Part shown: positions 1-13,800 of the stretch, piece by piece
How the letters are laid out: each line of letters starts with the position of its first letter
Numbering within the stretch: the first letter of the stretch is position 1
NCBI GenBank assembly: GCA_002633005.1
Contig: NMRA01000550.1
Location: forward strand, 122,134-186,133
Origin: Phoronis australis
Taxonomy: Eukaryota; Animalia; Phoronida
DNA length: 64,000 nucleotides
Direction of reading: 5' to 3'
Notes under the pieces: model-generated
What the model saw: the letters and a program-made list of their open reading frames with translations, nothing else
The model's database searches: none
What the model was told of the DNA's origin: nothing
Position numbers and translations under genes: made by a program

Positions 1-24
1 CCCCCCCCCGTAGATCCGCCACTG
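1..24. mobile_element. Terminus of a MITE (CAGTGGCGGATCTA-type TIR)
   Basis: CCCCCCCCCGTAGATCCGCCACTG resembles the right end of the 37453-37611 element. Confidence 0.55.
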
Positions 25-3000
25 CAACGTATCGTTTTAGGAAGTCATATTTTGAAGTTGGATGGAATGCTTTCCTCTAGGATGCCTGTGAGTTCGTTAT
101 TGAATCTCGACACAACAGTATCGATGTTGTTTCGAGTAAGAATTGCATCCCAATCGTGGCTGATTAAATCGTTATGAAACTGAATTTGATTTACTTTGTC
201 TTTTTTCAAACACGTTTTGTAAGAGGTTTATTGACAGCTGAATATAATGAGATAGGCGAGAAGGACGTACATATGACATGGTGATCCGAGTGGCCGATAG
301 GGGGCAGAACGAACATGAATGCAATAGAAGTCCAATAGGTACAGTATAACTAGGCAAGTATAACAAATAGACAAAACTTACGAAACCTTATTAGTGACGC
401 ATGGACTCTTCCAGATCCCGGGTGTAACATAACAACGGTAAATCATTTAATAAAGGAAAACAAAACCAAAAAACAAGTAATGGAATAACACAAAAAGTTG
501 AATTGAAAAGGCAAGCAATTCCACAATTGAATAAGAGTTTGTCAAATGCCAGGAGAGACCACCCAGCAAGAACTATAATACCCAATCTATAATATAGGGA
601 GTATAATTTGTCAGTTATTTCCTGCTTTTATCTTTCAAGATTGACGACAAAGATGCATTAGCAGGTGACATAACAAGGGTTGACATCATCAAAACAGGGT
701 TTAGTTTCCTTTTAATACACTTGCCAAATTTAACCAAAGTTCATGTAAGCCAGCGGCTCATGAGAAGCGCCACATTAGTTGAAGATGTCCACAAATCATC
801 ATTAACCATTCTCTTCCCTGTAGCACTGAACACATCCACAAATTTTCATTATCACCTTTAGTGCGGTTCGTACAATAGAGAGATGTGAATGTGAAAAAAC
901 AGACTCGAAAACAGCAAAAAAGCCATAAGGTGGCTCAGAGCTTGTTTACTCCATCCAAAAACAAGAAGATACCTATTTACACAATTTCAACTTCCGTCAA
1001 GGAACTACGAAGATTCACACATAAAAAAACGGAAATTGCCACTGGGGGACACACGGATAGTTGAATCCTTCAGAAAACTCGCTCATGCCATCCCATTCCG
1101 GCAAGATAGGAACTTATCTTCAAAATTTCACGAACCTCCATTCAGGGGTTTTGGAGATGCAGCAGCACATGCCGGGCGGATGGACTGACAGGTATGATGG
1201 CATACTAGTAATGCACTCACATATAAATATGTGGGCACATAAAAAGAAGAAAGTTTACTGAAAGGTAAGCCTGAACTCCAGGCCCTCTTTTTTCACTATA
1301 TTTTCACTCAGAAGATATAGCCAGCATCTGGCAATTATCGGTTGATAAAATACACTGGATGGTCACAAACCCTAGGACAAGTAGGGTTGGCGGACACACA
1401 TCTGCCAATGAAGGGGGGGTGCCATTGTAACAGTACCATTTAGCTACGATGTTGGAGGGGGCATGAAATCAGATTTTGAGCAAAGAATTGACTTGTTGTT
1501 TATTTCTATAGTTATAATTTTCTTCATCATTCATGCACCTGGTTCACCTCACGCCTGAGAAGCCACAAAATATGCTAGCCACAGCATCTGGGAGAATTGA
1601 CGAAACAAAAAAAATTCCCCCAAATATTCTGACTTCACTTCAAGTTCTTGGTCTCAGATAAACTAATGAATTGTTCACAAATCAGTCGAAAAGGCTACAA
1701 GACCACAGCCACAATGGACACGGTGATTCACTGTGTGTTGCAAGACTTTAGAACCTTTTGACATGTGTTCGAATTCGCCTTAACATCATCACAGACCAGG
1801 AAATGAAAAATAAACTACAGGTAGTGCGGTGTGGTTGTCGCATTGAGGGAACCTTTCGGATTGAAAACTTTATACCGGCATGAAGTGCTTGGCTTTTCCG
1901 GTTAAAATGTGTCGTCAGTAAAGTTCAAAACCTCATTCCGAGAAACAGACCGCATAATTTTAAACAAAAATAGACTGGACAAAACCAAATTGATGAAAGC
2001 GAAACTAAAAATTGCGAAATTAGCGGAAATATAACCAAAGAACACCGAATCCGAAAACGGAGACGGAACAGACAGACATTCGAGTGTCTACAAAAACCTA
2101 ATTGATAAATTACGCTTTTTTCTATGTTCTTAGATGCGCTGGTTTGCATGAAAGATTTTTTATTAGGATATAATTCACCAACTTATTGAACATTAACCAC
2201 AATTATAGCTATTTGGTTTGTAGCCATGCAAATTGTCATTTTACAGCTACTGTAAGGCTAACTTTACGCATTTCATCAAAAGATGGTGCTGCGTCTTGCT
2301 TTGATGTGCAACAAATCCAATAGGGCTCGCTCGTGAAGGTTATGAAAAGCAGAGACTGTTACGTCTTTGACATGAGTCAGCGATACAAAATAATTATTAC
2401 TACAACATGTGTTTCGCTGTCCAAAATCGCTTTCAAAATTCAAAATTATTAGTGTTATGAAAATACAAATATTATATCTAAACAGATTTGAGTCCTGTAG
2501 ACTCGATCATATCGCAAAAGAATCGAGTGTCACCTGCTTTGCTATTATGTATAGTTATCTCACGGCATCTGGTGAAATTTTGCGTTGAGTTTCTCGCGTT
2601 TACGGAACGTGCACCGTGGTTGCAACAATAACGTCACGTACTTGACGTGTTGCGACAATCTACTTATCGTCCAGTAGATAAGTTTTTAAAGGTTTTATGC
2701 AACCCGACCCTGGGTCGGAAATTTAACTAAAACATGGAAATCGAATTAGGTCCTTTACTCTCATAAAATTTCTTACCGTAGGCTAAGAGGGTTCCGTTTC
2801 CGTTCCCAACAAGAACATCGGAACCATCAGCGACTCAGAATTTGTTGGGATTGGCCAGCTCTAAAATTTCAAAAAAGACGCCTGTACGCATTTCTTGAGA
2901 GTAGAGTTGTTACCGCCGGCAACAGAAATACAATGCCATCACGGTAACTGAGAAATATCGTGTGGCCGACTTAGGAGAGCAAAAGACCTAGTTCCATTCA

Positions 3001-3504
3001 TGCTTTTTGTCAGCGAAATCGGGCGAAATGAAGATTTATGGCGACGCCCCTTAATACTGCAAAAACGCCATCTTCTGAGAGTTTTCACTATGAAATTTCA
3101 GTGGGGTGTCAGTGGCGGGTATAAATTAGGGGGCCATGCACCTCCCTAAAATTCTTCCATATTCCAGTTGGCAGTTTGGGGTTGCGAATGTCTGACGGGC
3201 AAAATCCTGGCTAATACNGTTTTAAATGATTCGTTTTGACTTATTACAACTAGTAAAACGTTGAGTTGGAGAAAAATATTTTTGTGCGTTACCAACCTAT
3301 GGAAGTTTGTAGTAGATGTTATATTTCCGTAAGATATCTCAAAAATATAATGGTTAGGCGAAAGAGCTTCTCGACTAATGTTCGTCTCGACACTTGCATA
3401 TTTTTTAAATTATCTAATAGATTTTATTGAAATATAAAATATCTCATAAAACTAATGGTTACGTAGACCGTAGTGGGCGAAAAGAGTTTCCATATCATGC
3501 ATAT

Positions 3505-3742
3505 CATGCGCGCACCCAGGGGACTCGGGGGGCTTGAACGAGCCCCCTCCCCCCAATTTGGCGAAGTGGGCAAAAAGGTTCGCCTTAGAGAAACAAAAAC
3601 TCCGAGAAGAACGAGGCAAAAGTCCACTGAAAAGACGGAGACGCACAGTTTACAGTTTTGAAGGTAGTACCCGTTTTTTTTTTTTTTTTCCACATCGACA
3701 GAAATTCGAGCCCTCCCACATTGAAGGCTGGGTGCGCGCATG
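3505..3742. mobile_element. MITE with 15-bp perfect TIR and 5-bp TSD
   Basis: CATGCGCGCACCCAG...CTGGGTGCGCGCATG flanked by CATAT on both sides. Confidence 0.8.
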
Positions 3743-6700
3743 CATATTTGTCTCACTCTGACGCTGTTTATTTTTCAAAGTAAACACAATTAAGGGGGGG
3801 GGACTTTTAGCTTAAATCTCTGATCTTCTCATGGCCAAACAAAAGTTCACCGTCATGACTGAATACAAGCGCAGCTGAAATTTTGAAAATAGACATTAAC
3901 ATAAATTAAACGAATCAAGGCAAGGATTTTAGAATATAACAGTTTTTTAATTGAGGGAGCTCATTTGATGGGTGAGAAACGGAGACGAAAAGAGAGTGAG
4001 ATCGCTTACTAACATTACTGTGAGAATGGGTGAAATATATTAGCAATTGATAAATGATGAAAGTTGATTCCGATTAACATTGTAAACATTGGCCGAAATT
4101 GGGCAAAAAATTCATCGAATATGCGACTAAATGTCATGGAAATGGTTTGCCCAATTTCGGTCTTGCAATTTAGGGTTCACTTACACTGGGGGATCTTATC
4201 TCTCTCCAAAGGAAAACTACACTAGAGAAGCGCTAGGCCGCTATCATCAACCACTCCTCTTTGGTATGGGTGATACAAAATATTTTTGTTTTTTCACTTT
4301 TCATAATATTGCGCATTCACTTTTGTTTTAACTATTTTTTATTTTAAAATTTTAAAGAATATGATTTCGTCCCATTGCAAATATCAGTTTTTGATCGCTG
4401 GGGACGTAATTGTAATTTTAGCCTTACAGTGCATTTAGTGTATTTGTAGAAAGCGTGCTGACTCTACTATTTAATGAATCTTTAGTACTTGAACTAATGT
4501 GACCTACAACCGAGTCAACCAAATCATTAAACCCTGGCTGACACACCTGAGTGCCTCTGACCGTCGGTAATTCAACGCATCCCACGTGCTCTGCATTCGA
4601 AAACAATACAGAAAACTGTGGTTCGTTTCTACGATAAACTATTAAAAATAAACTGTCATATCTCTGATGGAAATTTGAAGTGCTTTTAATCACATTGGTT
4701 TACACTTACTTCGGATTCGTTGAAATTAGTTTTGATAAAATGGGAATTACATTGAGCGACATGTCATGCGTAATGTATTCAATGCCCATTTATCACCTGC
4801 GGAAACGTTTGTAGAAGACGAAGAATTTCTGTTACTTTCGTCCCTCGCTTGACGGGCGTTAGACCAACAGTACTTTTCAACACAATCGCAAATTTGAAAT
4901 TACCTCGTTATTGGTGAATTGAATTTTTCAATGAACTTGAATTGAAATTAAATTTACCGATTTAATGAATCCTTGTTTTTTATCATTTTTATTCCGTTTC
5001 AATTGTTTTGAATTTTAACTAGACATGTAATGTTATGCGGCTTTTCACGAAGTTTTCATTTTCTTGCCAAAAACACAATTGAGACCACTGGCATTTTACT
5101 CCAAATGTTTCAAACTTTTTGGGGGGACACTGACTATTTTTGCGATTATTGTTAGAGAATGTAAGGACACGTGGCTTCGACCGCCAGGGAATTTTGACTC
5201 ATAAAGTCACCTTGATTTCAACGAATCTTTGACAGACAACGGCGAGCATTAATTTAGCGATTTGTAACTAATTACAAAACACTACGGATTTTGTTGTTTT
5301 ATATCTCTGGCCAAAGCTAATAACTTCAAGTTGTCTATCTCATCCATCTTTGTCTATCCCATCAATAATAATAACTTCAAGAAGTCTATTCCATCCATCA
5401 ATAATCTTAAAAATGAGTTTTTCGGCTGTAAAACAGATAACGACTCTTTAATGTTCATATTACAGATGACGTAGGTGTGAGGGCCGACACGAACGTGCGA
5501 CTAATACGAATTCAACTGGTTTGGACAAATTCATTAAAAAGGTGCAAACGAAAAATGACTTTTGTTCTAAAATGCACAAAATGTTCTTAGGTGATCTCGG
5601 ATAGAAACTGAGAGTGTGATTAAGTATCAAAAACACGGACGAAGTAGATAAGGAAATTTCAAAAAGCTCGTCACGAGTAAAAATTACGAAACCGTCATGC
5701 AGTGCAGTTTCACCGTATAGCCTTCTGACAAGTTGTGTGTTCCAGGAGTCGCTAACATAAGGTGTACTTCTCACATCCAAAGCCTACAGAAACAAACTGA
5801 TGCCCAGCATAAACATACATTGGAGAAAAAAATGTGAAATCATATCACATTTACATTATCAGTGAAATTTCCGTGTGTAATCAGTAGACAATCCCTGAAA
5901 TTACAATAATTTATGTTAATTTCACTTAGTGTATGTCCGTCGAACACAGGTCTGTTGTTTTGTGGTTAATTATAATTGTGTGCGGTACACTACAATCACG
6001 ATTTGTGGTGCAATGTTAAAGATTTTTACTCTTGACGAGTTCGTAGGAGAATTCAAAAGAATGTACAGTTCCCCGCACCGTGAATATCTGACAGTTTAAA
6101 CGCTTAATGGAGATATAGTCCTTATTAAACTGTGCAACAGGTGAGAGTAATAGTCAGTGATTTTGAATGTTTATCTTTCTAAGTAGAGCGAGCATTCAGT
6201 TTAACCCAGCTGACGCAGGACTGTAAATGGCGAGCGAATAAACTAAATTGTATGACCTTCATGCTCTTGGTAGGGTATACGTGTATTGCGTACTAATTGC
6301 TCAATATTCATGTCATGTCATTTATGTTCCATCTTGTCAGACCCCGACCGCATTACTAGTTTAAGTTCCTATAGACTTTTGTCACCATGGTGAATCAAAA
6401 ACCGCTGTTCAAGAATAGGTGTCCCGGTAATTAACCAATGCCTTAATTAAAAAGTTGTTGTTTGTCTTTTGAAAATGTGTCACAACTTTGTATTGTTCTG
6501 AGTTGCTCCTTACCGTTGCCCCGCATCCGCCACAACCATGTGGTCTGCACATTATTCACATCTGTTACACACGCTGCTCTCATTTTTGTACTGTTGAAAT
6601 GCTGCAAACGTGCCGAAAATAACCCAGGAATGTTCGCCCGCATGACCGCCGTCAGCCAAAGACGCACAGTGAGTCCTGGGCGATATTTCCTGTCGTCGTA

Positions 6701-7625
6701 TAGTTTGCTGAAACGTAAAACAGATCAAAGTACGATTCCATAATCACAACCACTGTTCTCGATAACACTAAAGAATTGTTACAATATCAAGAAGTTTCTG
6801 TTTGACGAATGACGAACATTTTGATCCCATTAAAGATTCTTACGACGAGTTCTAGGAAACTAAACAACTATTTGTAAAATCATAAAATCGTGAGAATCTG
6901 GTTTTCCCAAGACTTCAACGCTTGGGTTCGCTGAGTGTTTTAGCAGAAAGTGGGAAATTATTAAATCTCTATTGAGTAATTTTGGACTAAAAAAGGCCAG
7001 TAGCTAGAAAATTCAACCATTGCATACAAAGTTACATTTTGCCCGTTTAGATGTCAATGTTGATCAATGTTGAATTCTTAACCGAAGCGATTTGGGGTTT
7101 AAAAACATTACCACGCGCATCCGATCTTGATTTGTTGCCGAATGAGCTGGCAACTCGAGCCATAGGCAATGCGTACATGCGCCTTTTTCCAATCCCCAGT
7201 TTTAGGGTAGACCAACCCCAATGAACTATAAAGCATTTTTTGAGTCCTTGAAGTTTTCGATGTTTTTTTGCCAAAGGTAATAGATTCCTGTCACAGCAAG
7301 GAAAATTTTAAGATGGATTTTATGAGATAAAAGGGTTTAAATTGATTTTCATTTTAAGCAGCTAATCAAGGCGAAACACAGCTTTAATAATTTCAGGGTC
7401 TTGATTGCAACTCATATGACACTACGATACGTTTTCTTCGGTCAAAGCCGGAGGGGTGGACGCGACCCCCTTGTCCCCTAACACGCCTATGTGATCATTA
7501 AGTTACAATCAAATAACAAATTAATAACGTAAGTGTCCTGTATAACACCTGGATTCTACAAACACTATTCTGGTTGAAGCGGTTATAACCGACCGACTTA
7601 AGCACAAGAAATGTTCCCTTATTTT

Positions 7626-7889
7626 CATGAGCATAGCATGTCACGCACGAACTACCTGCGAACCTATGAATCATGCATACGTACCCATGAATCATGCATA
7701 CGAACCCAAAAATCGCGCATACGAACAAAAATCATACGCAAGAGCATTCGAATCACACACACGGACCACCAAACGATAAAGTGTATGATTTTTGTTCGTA
7801 TGCGTGGTTTTGGGTTCGTATGCATGATTGGTTTGTATGCATGATTCACAGGTTCGTAGTTGGTTCGTGCGTAAGATGCTATGCTCGTG
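7626..7889. mobile_element. Foldback / long-TIR non-autonomous element
   Basis: Imperfect inverted arms of about 110 bp built from ATCATGCATACGAAC-like subunits around a short spacer. Confidence 0.8.
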
Positions 7890-10800
7890 CATAGGATTCT
7901 ATGGCCCCTTTGAACAAGATTCCAACTTAATGAGAGGCGAATAAAAACAAATAATTCAATCAAAATAATGGTTTTGACGACAGATTAATATAATGGACAA
8001 GTCAAAATTTTAAAAATGATATAATAACGTATTAAACAGTGAATTCCTAATTGAAGATCAGTGTTCCGACTCCTTTGAAATCTTAAAGGTCGATACGAAA
8101 CTCATACTGAATTATTTGTTTTCATTTATTGCATTATAATCAACAGAATTAAAAGCGCGTTGTTGTCTAGAAAATGTATTCGAATTCAAACTGTAGTCGC
8201 GTTGACTCCCATGCTATGAACCCTTTGATCCTTCCTGGCGCACGTGTCGCCTAGAACACGTCGACAGGTGAACATGTATTGTCGATTATAACACCTGTGT
8301 ACACACGGAGACGATGAAGGCTTTTTAGTGAACACATTTTTGAAATTCTTTTCGTTTTTAACACAAAACAGTTTCAACGACGCTCTCCTATCAGGTTTCA
8401 GGCGTCCCTATTTGGGACATTATATGAATTGTGACGTAAGTCGAAGAAAGTAAATACATATTTTGTAAACATAATCGACCATTTGCGATTAGTTAAAATA
8501 TTCGAGTTATGCGAGTTTAATTAACCCTTTATCCAAGTATTCAAAGCCATATTTGATGAAGTTTGTTATCGTTCCTATACATTATAGATCGAAACTGGGC
8601 TAATACACCACCATTACAGGTTTTCCTTTTATATTCCTTTGGATTGAAGATTTTGTGCAAATCTTTTGGAGTATTTTAGCATTTAGAATGACACAATGGC
8701 CTGACAGACCATTTGGAAGTGGCTTGTCAGTTTTTTTTTGCGTTTACCCATGTATAATGTTAATTAGGTTTCTGTGCATTAAAGCTATTTGTTGCATATG
8801 AATACTCATGAAAATGTATTATTGAATTGTGTTTGTTCCAAGTGTTGATCAGTGCAGAGTTTAAAGTAGTGCTGTACAGTCATGACGAAGATTATCGAGA
8901 GCGAAGATATGCAGTAGATGTCGTGCTATATTCAATAGTATACGAATTTGTTTAGCTTTGTTTCACTCAGAACGATGTCCGATATGTGGTTCCCAAACTG
9001 TAAATTAATGACACGCCAGTCGCGGCGGACATGGTATTCTATGGTTTATGAATTTCCGCAAGAAGAGTAAATTGTTTACCAGCAAACATTTGTAAAATTC
9101 CTCGACGCTACGTCTAGCCGTTATAGGTTTCCATGGCTTGATAATTTTCAACATCCGGGTAGCTGACATGTCTAGAAGCGATACGGGTTCTTGATGATAC
9201 TTATCTCCCCCAAGAAAAATATTAAATAAAATTTACATTCGAGGATTTTTCATGGAGCATCTCGATTTTGGTGTTTAAAATCATTTCATATTAAACTGAT
9301 CAACTTTCAAAAATAGTATCTTTGCAAAAACCATCGAACAAAAATACTTCAGCAACAAAAAACAATTTTCAAAACCTGAAATACATGTTTGCAGACATCC
9401 CGTCTCCTGTGGGTGTCGAAGTGTGACCCTTGGGAACCAAGTCGCTTTTCTTCTCGTTTTTCATCAATGTAGTATTGTGCAATGTAGAAGAGTTATCTCC
9501 CGACTTCTGTTTTGCAACTGAATACATTTGTAGTTTTCCTAAAAAAAATACGCCCCTCGTTGCAAACTTTCGATTGTCATGTCTATTTGCAAAATATCTC
9601 GAAGCTTCAAACAATGTCTCGTTAAAAATGTGCTCCTTTACAACGGGTTACACAAGATTCTGTCTCTCTTGAAACACTCCTTTGATCTGAATTGCCATTT
9701 TTGTCTAACCTCGATGGCGGATCTAGGATGTCGTAAGGGTGGCTCAACACAATTTCGAAGGGAAAATATCCGCGTAAGCGCTAAGAAGGACATACCGATC
9801 GTTTCCGTAGGGGATCTCTGCTTATGTTCATTTGATATTGCATTTAATTTCGTGTCATTTTATCCGTGGTCATGCTAGACCATGCCGAGCTTGTTAGTCA
9901 AATAGAAAAGTTGGCTTGACTGAACACCATAACCTGTACAGAAATGAGGTCCTGTTAACGAAATATTACCGTCACATCGCAATATGGGGTCAATGTTGAA
10001 TGGGATAGTCTGTTGGTGCTATTAGTTTCGACCGTGTTGTAAAACAACAAAGTCCGTTGTGTTTTTGTGGTTATGTTACAAATCTCTGTTGTCTGTCAGG
10101 TATTCCTTGAAATCAAGACCGATGTCTTTACCATTTATAATAGGCACTTTTGAAATACTCTGTGATTCAAAACGTGGGATTTGCCTCAGCGGCAGTGCGT
10201 TCGGGTGTTATTGCGGAGCTAGTTGATAGTCTGTAAAATTACTTTTGTTACCGAGAATGTCTCTTTAAGGACTGTCCAAGCGAAATGCAATCGTGTTACT
10301 TAACAACGGCCTCAATAGGTCTATTTAGGAGCGTATATAGCTGCATTATCTCAAGATATTGAGCCGACATAGTTGTGAGTTTGCACCGTTCTCAGGTGAT
10401 AACACGTTCTGCGCACCTGTTTGTTTGTCGAATATTTCTGCAATTGTACGCGACTTTGAAAACACGGCCTGCATTTATCCCTCGCGCCCTCCCGTCTGTT
10501 TTTTTAAATCCAACCTTCTTTGATCTCGCACACGTCCCGCGGCGGATTCAGTTCGCTCGCTAAAGGGGGAGTTTCCTGTTTTTCTCGCTGCCAGATGTGT
10601 GTATTCCTACAGAAAAGCTGATTTTAGTGACGAAATTACTTTTCACGTTATGCATAACGAGCGATATGTTTGTTAATTTGGAACCCTCAGTAAATGCCGG
10701 TATATAGTTTGAATTTCTTTAAAAATTAAAAAAGGAATGGCGCAAGTGATGACATACAAAGACTTCTCGTGAGACTATGAGATATCATGAGACAACATTT

Positions 10801-13800
10801 GTGACACCCTACAAAAACAAATTACAATTTAATACTCGTTTTTGTATAAAAAGCCTGCCTTGGTTGCAGAGGCAAGAAGATAAAGGTTAATACTGAATAG
10901 GAGACGAGCGTAATGGCCCTTAATTTGAAGTTGGTAATGTAACAGCAGTGACAAATGTAAGGTGAACCCGACAATTCATTTTCATAATTGAAATGTCCAT
11001 CAAACAACGGTTCGCTTTCCTTCGCTAGCCCATTTGCTGCCTAATGACATAGAGAAAGACATTTTGGAAACGCATTTATCAAAATTATGTTTTTGTAAAC
11101 GTTTTTGCAGTTTTCGAAAGCATTTTCAAACGACAAGAGCTATTCCCTTCTAATTTTGTATGAAAAATGTTATTTTGAGAAGGCTCGTGCCATTTCCAGT
11201 AAATTTCACATTGTGAAAAATTCTAGACTGGAAACAAATCATTTTTAAAACAGATGCACTTTTAAATATTTGGGTTAATTATGATACCGAATACAAGCCA
11301 CCATAATTCCACGCATTCGCAGCTGACAAAGTGTTTGTGTGCATCAGGCCGCTATTCTGAGAAACATTTATAAAATTTCCACGTGAACATGATTTCCAAA
11401 CAAATCACGTGACAATGTTCCATTCGTCTGCTCCACATCGGTTTCGGGCCATCGCTAGCGTGTTTTAGCAATTAACCATTCTGTTTTAACAATCAGCGAA
11501 TTCATAATATTCGACTGTTTTTCACGGTGAATTTATGACTTTTGGCAGAACCATCAAAACGTTTTTGTGCGTTTTAATTTGTTGGGAACAGCCTGCAGCA
11601 GGTGGACTGAAGCGTTACAAAAATGCAACGGAAAGGATAGCCATTTGAATTGAACAGAAAATGCCAAGCACTGTTTGTTTGGTGTCTTTTTTACAATAAT
11701 ATGTCTCACAAAATTTTATACCAAAATGGGAAATGACATTGGATCATTCAGTGCATTGGCAAGGAAAAACGAGCGTCGAAAAGCCATCATTTTTCACAGG
11801 GCCAGCCAAAAATTCAACGCATCCAAAAAATAGCAGTATCATTCGCTGTCCCCAAGGAAAACCATACGAAACGTGTTGGAGGGAGCAATGATTTTGGCTG
11901 CGTTCTTTAGACGTAATACATAAGCCCTGCTCTTGCAGCGGTGAACCTTGGCGCTTCTGGAACGGCAACAGGGAATTCTATCCCATAATTCAACTTTCCA
12001 ACCTCACCTACCAATCACTTAAATGGACACCATTTCAGTTGTAAGGTCCAGTCTCGCGAAAAACTCGCCTTCGATTCACTCGCGTGATTTTACGGGGTCT
12101 TGCGTGATCTTACTTTTTCGCGTGGTTCACTCCCCTATAGAACGTGGCCCGGGAGCATGTGAATGACGAGTCATATTGGAGAACCACCACAACGGCATCC
12201 TGAAATACCACGTCTAGCATTTGGTTATAAGTCTGTGCATCCCGGACCTCTCTCTATTTTTCTCTACTGTGTTTTGGCACGTGGGGTCCAAGCTCACTGG
12301 TACCTGTGGTAGAAATGAGATCGACGGCGAGTAAAAGGATCAGGATAGCGATTGGTTTAACCTATTGTGAACAAAAAGGCAAATTAATGACAACCCGCTA
12401 GACGTCGCCGTTTGGTGTTGGTACGGCAACAGACGATGTATTACGTGACTCACCCTGTTTCCGTATTAAGTGTATTAATTCGAAATAAATTGGCCTCAGT
12501 GATAAAAAGCAGACATAAAAGGTGTCGATCGATTGTCTTCTCTTTCTGTGATGAAAAACGAGACGAACACAGACTGCTAATATCTTCTAAAGAAATAATT
12601 ATCGTGTTTATACGGCAACACGCAAAAACGAGACACACTGCCTCTCACGTGGCCAATTGGATCTATGCAAAATCAAAATTAGATAACCTCTTTTCCGAAT
12701 AATCAAATTTTTCCACAACCTATCTGTTCGGTTCGCATCGGTTTAATTTTTTGACTAAATTTCATCCTTTCCTTTATCATTTGTTCAAATCTTTTTTAAT
12801 TGTGTAGAGAACAATAACGCGATCACATCTCTATTTCACGAGCGTGGCTGCTAATTATCCTATTAACTTTCAAATAAAAATAAATCTTTGGTCAAAGCGA
12901 CCTTTAATAAAGAGAAAAATCGGTTAATAGCTGAAGACGAAGACGTATACACGTTTGTAATACTTTTATCTGGCCACCAAGGGAATTTCAAGGAAGGCTG
13001 GTTATTATTCGAAGACGCCTGGTGCGAATGATTGAGTTTTCAAGGCTTATAAATTAATATGCTAGAACCTCACACTTGACACGTTTGGATTTGAGATGAC
13101 TTTTTGTAGTGTAGCATTGTGGAAACGTTAGAAATGAAATGAACGTGGACTCGCAATTTATTTCTTGAGTAAGAAATTAAACCTGGGTTGTGTGCCATAG
13201 ACGCAAGAGCCTCGCGAGAAGGATGGACGCTTCGCGTATATGCTCAGTCACCAAAGTGAGTGGTCGGTGACGTCGAAATGTTCAATTATAGGACAAAAAT
13301 AACTGTTCGCGTTCCATATTTGAGAATTTCTCGCCGCAAGTGTTTCGTGAGTACCATGTTGGGTCGACGGAACGCAGCTCTGCATGTTCTTACAAAACAA
13401 AATCAAAGCTTGGCCACTGGCCCCTAGAGAATCAGTCTTGAATTTCTCTTTGTCAAGAATAGACTATGTTTAGTTCATTTGGCAGGATTGGACTATGATT
13501 AGTACATTTGTCAGGAAGTGCATCCGGGGCATTGCTCGAATAAAATGAAAATCCCAGGACTGGTCCCCATTGCAATAGGTTATCTCTTCTACTTCTCATT
13601 TTAATCAGTGCTGTCATGGCAAGGAAGTTTTTGCTCAGTTTGAGAGGAATATTTCTTGATCACATTTCAAAGGCGAGAGGGAAAACAAAGTGCTGCTTGG
13701 AATCATAATCTTCATTTCTTAACTTATTTCAATTCTTACGTTTCAGCTCGTGTGTATTTCACTACTTTTTAAATCCACTGGCGCCTGTCGCAATATGTAG

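Noticed and set aside
640-1900. Exon-like open frames with AG/GT signals
   Set aside because: No recognisable protein similarity or consistent spliced frame; probably decayed repeat sequence.
7498-7963. Cluster of overlapping ORFs on both strands
   Set aside because: Produced by the foldback repeat.
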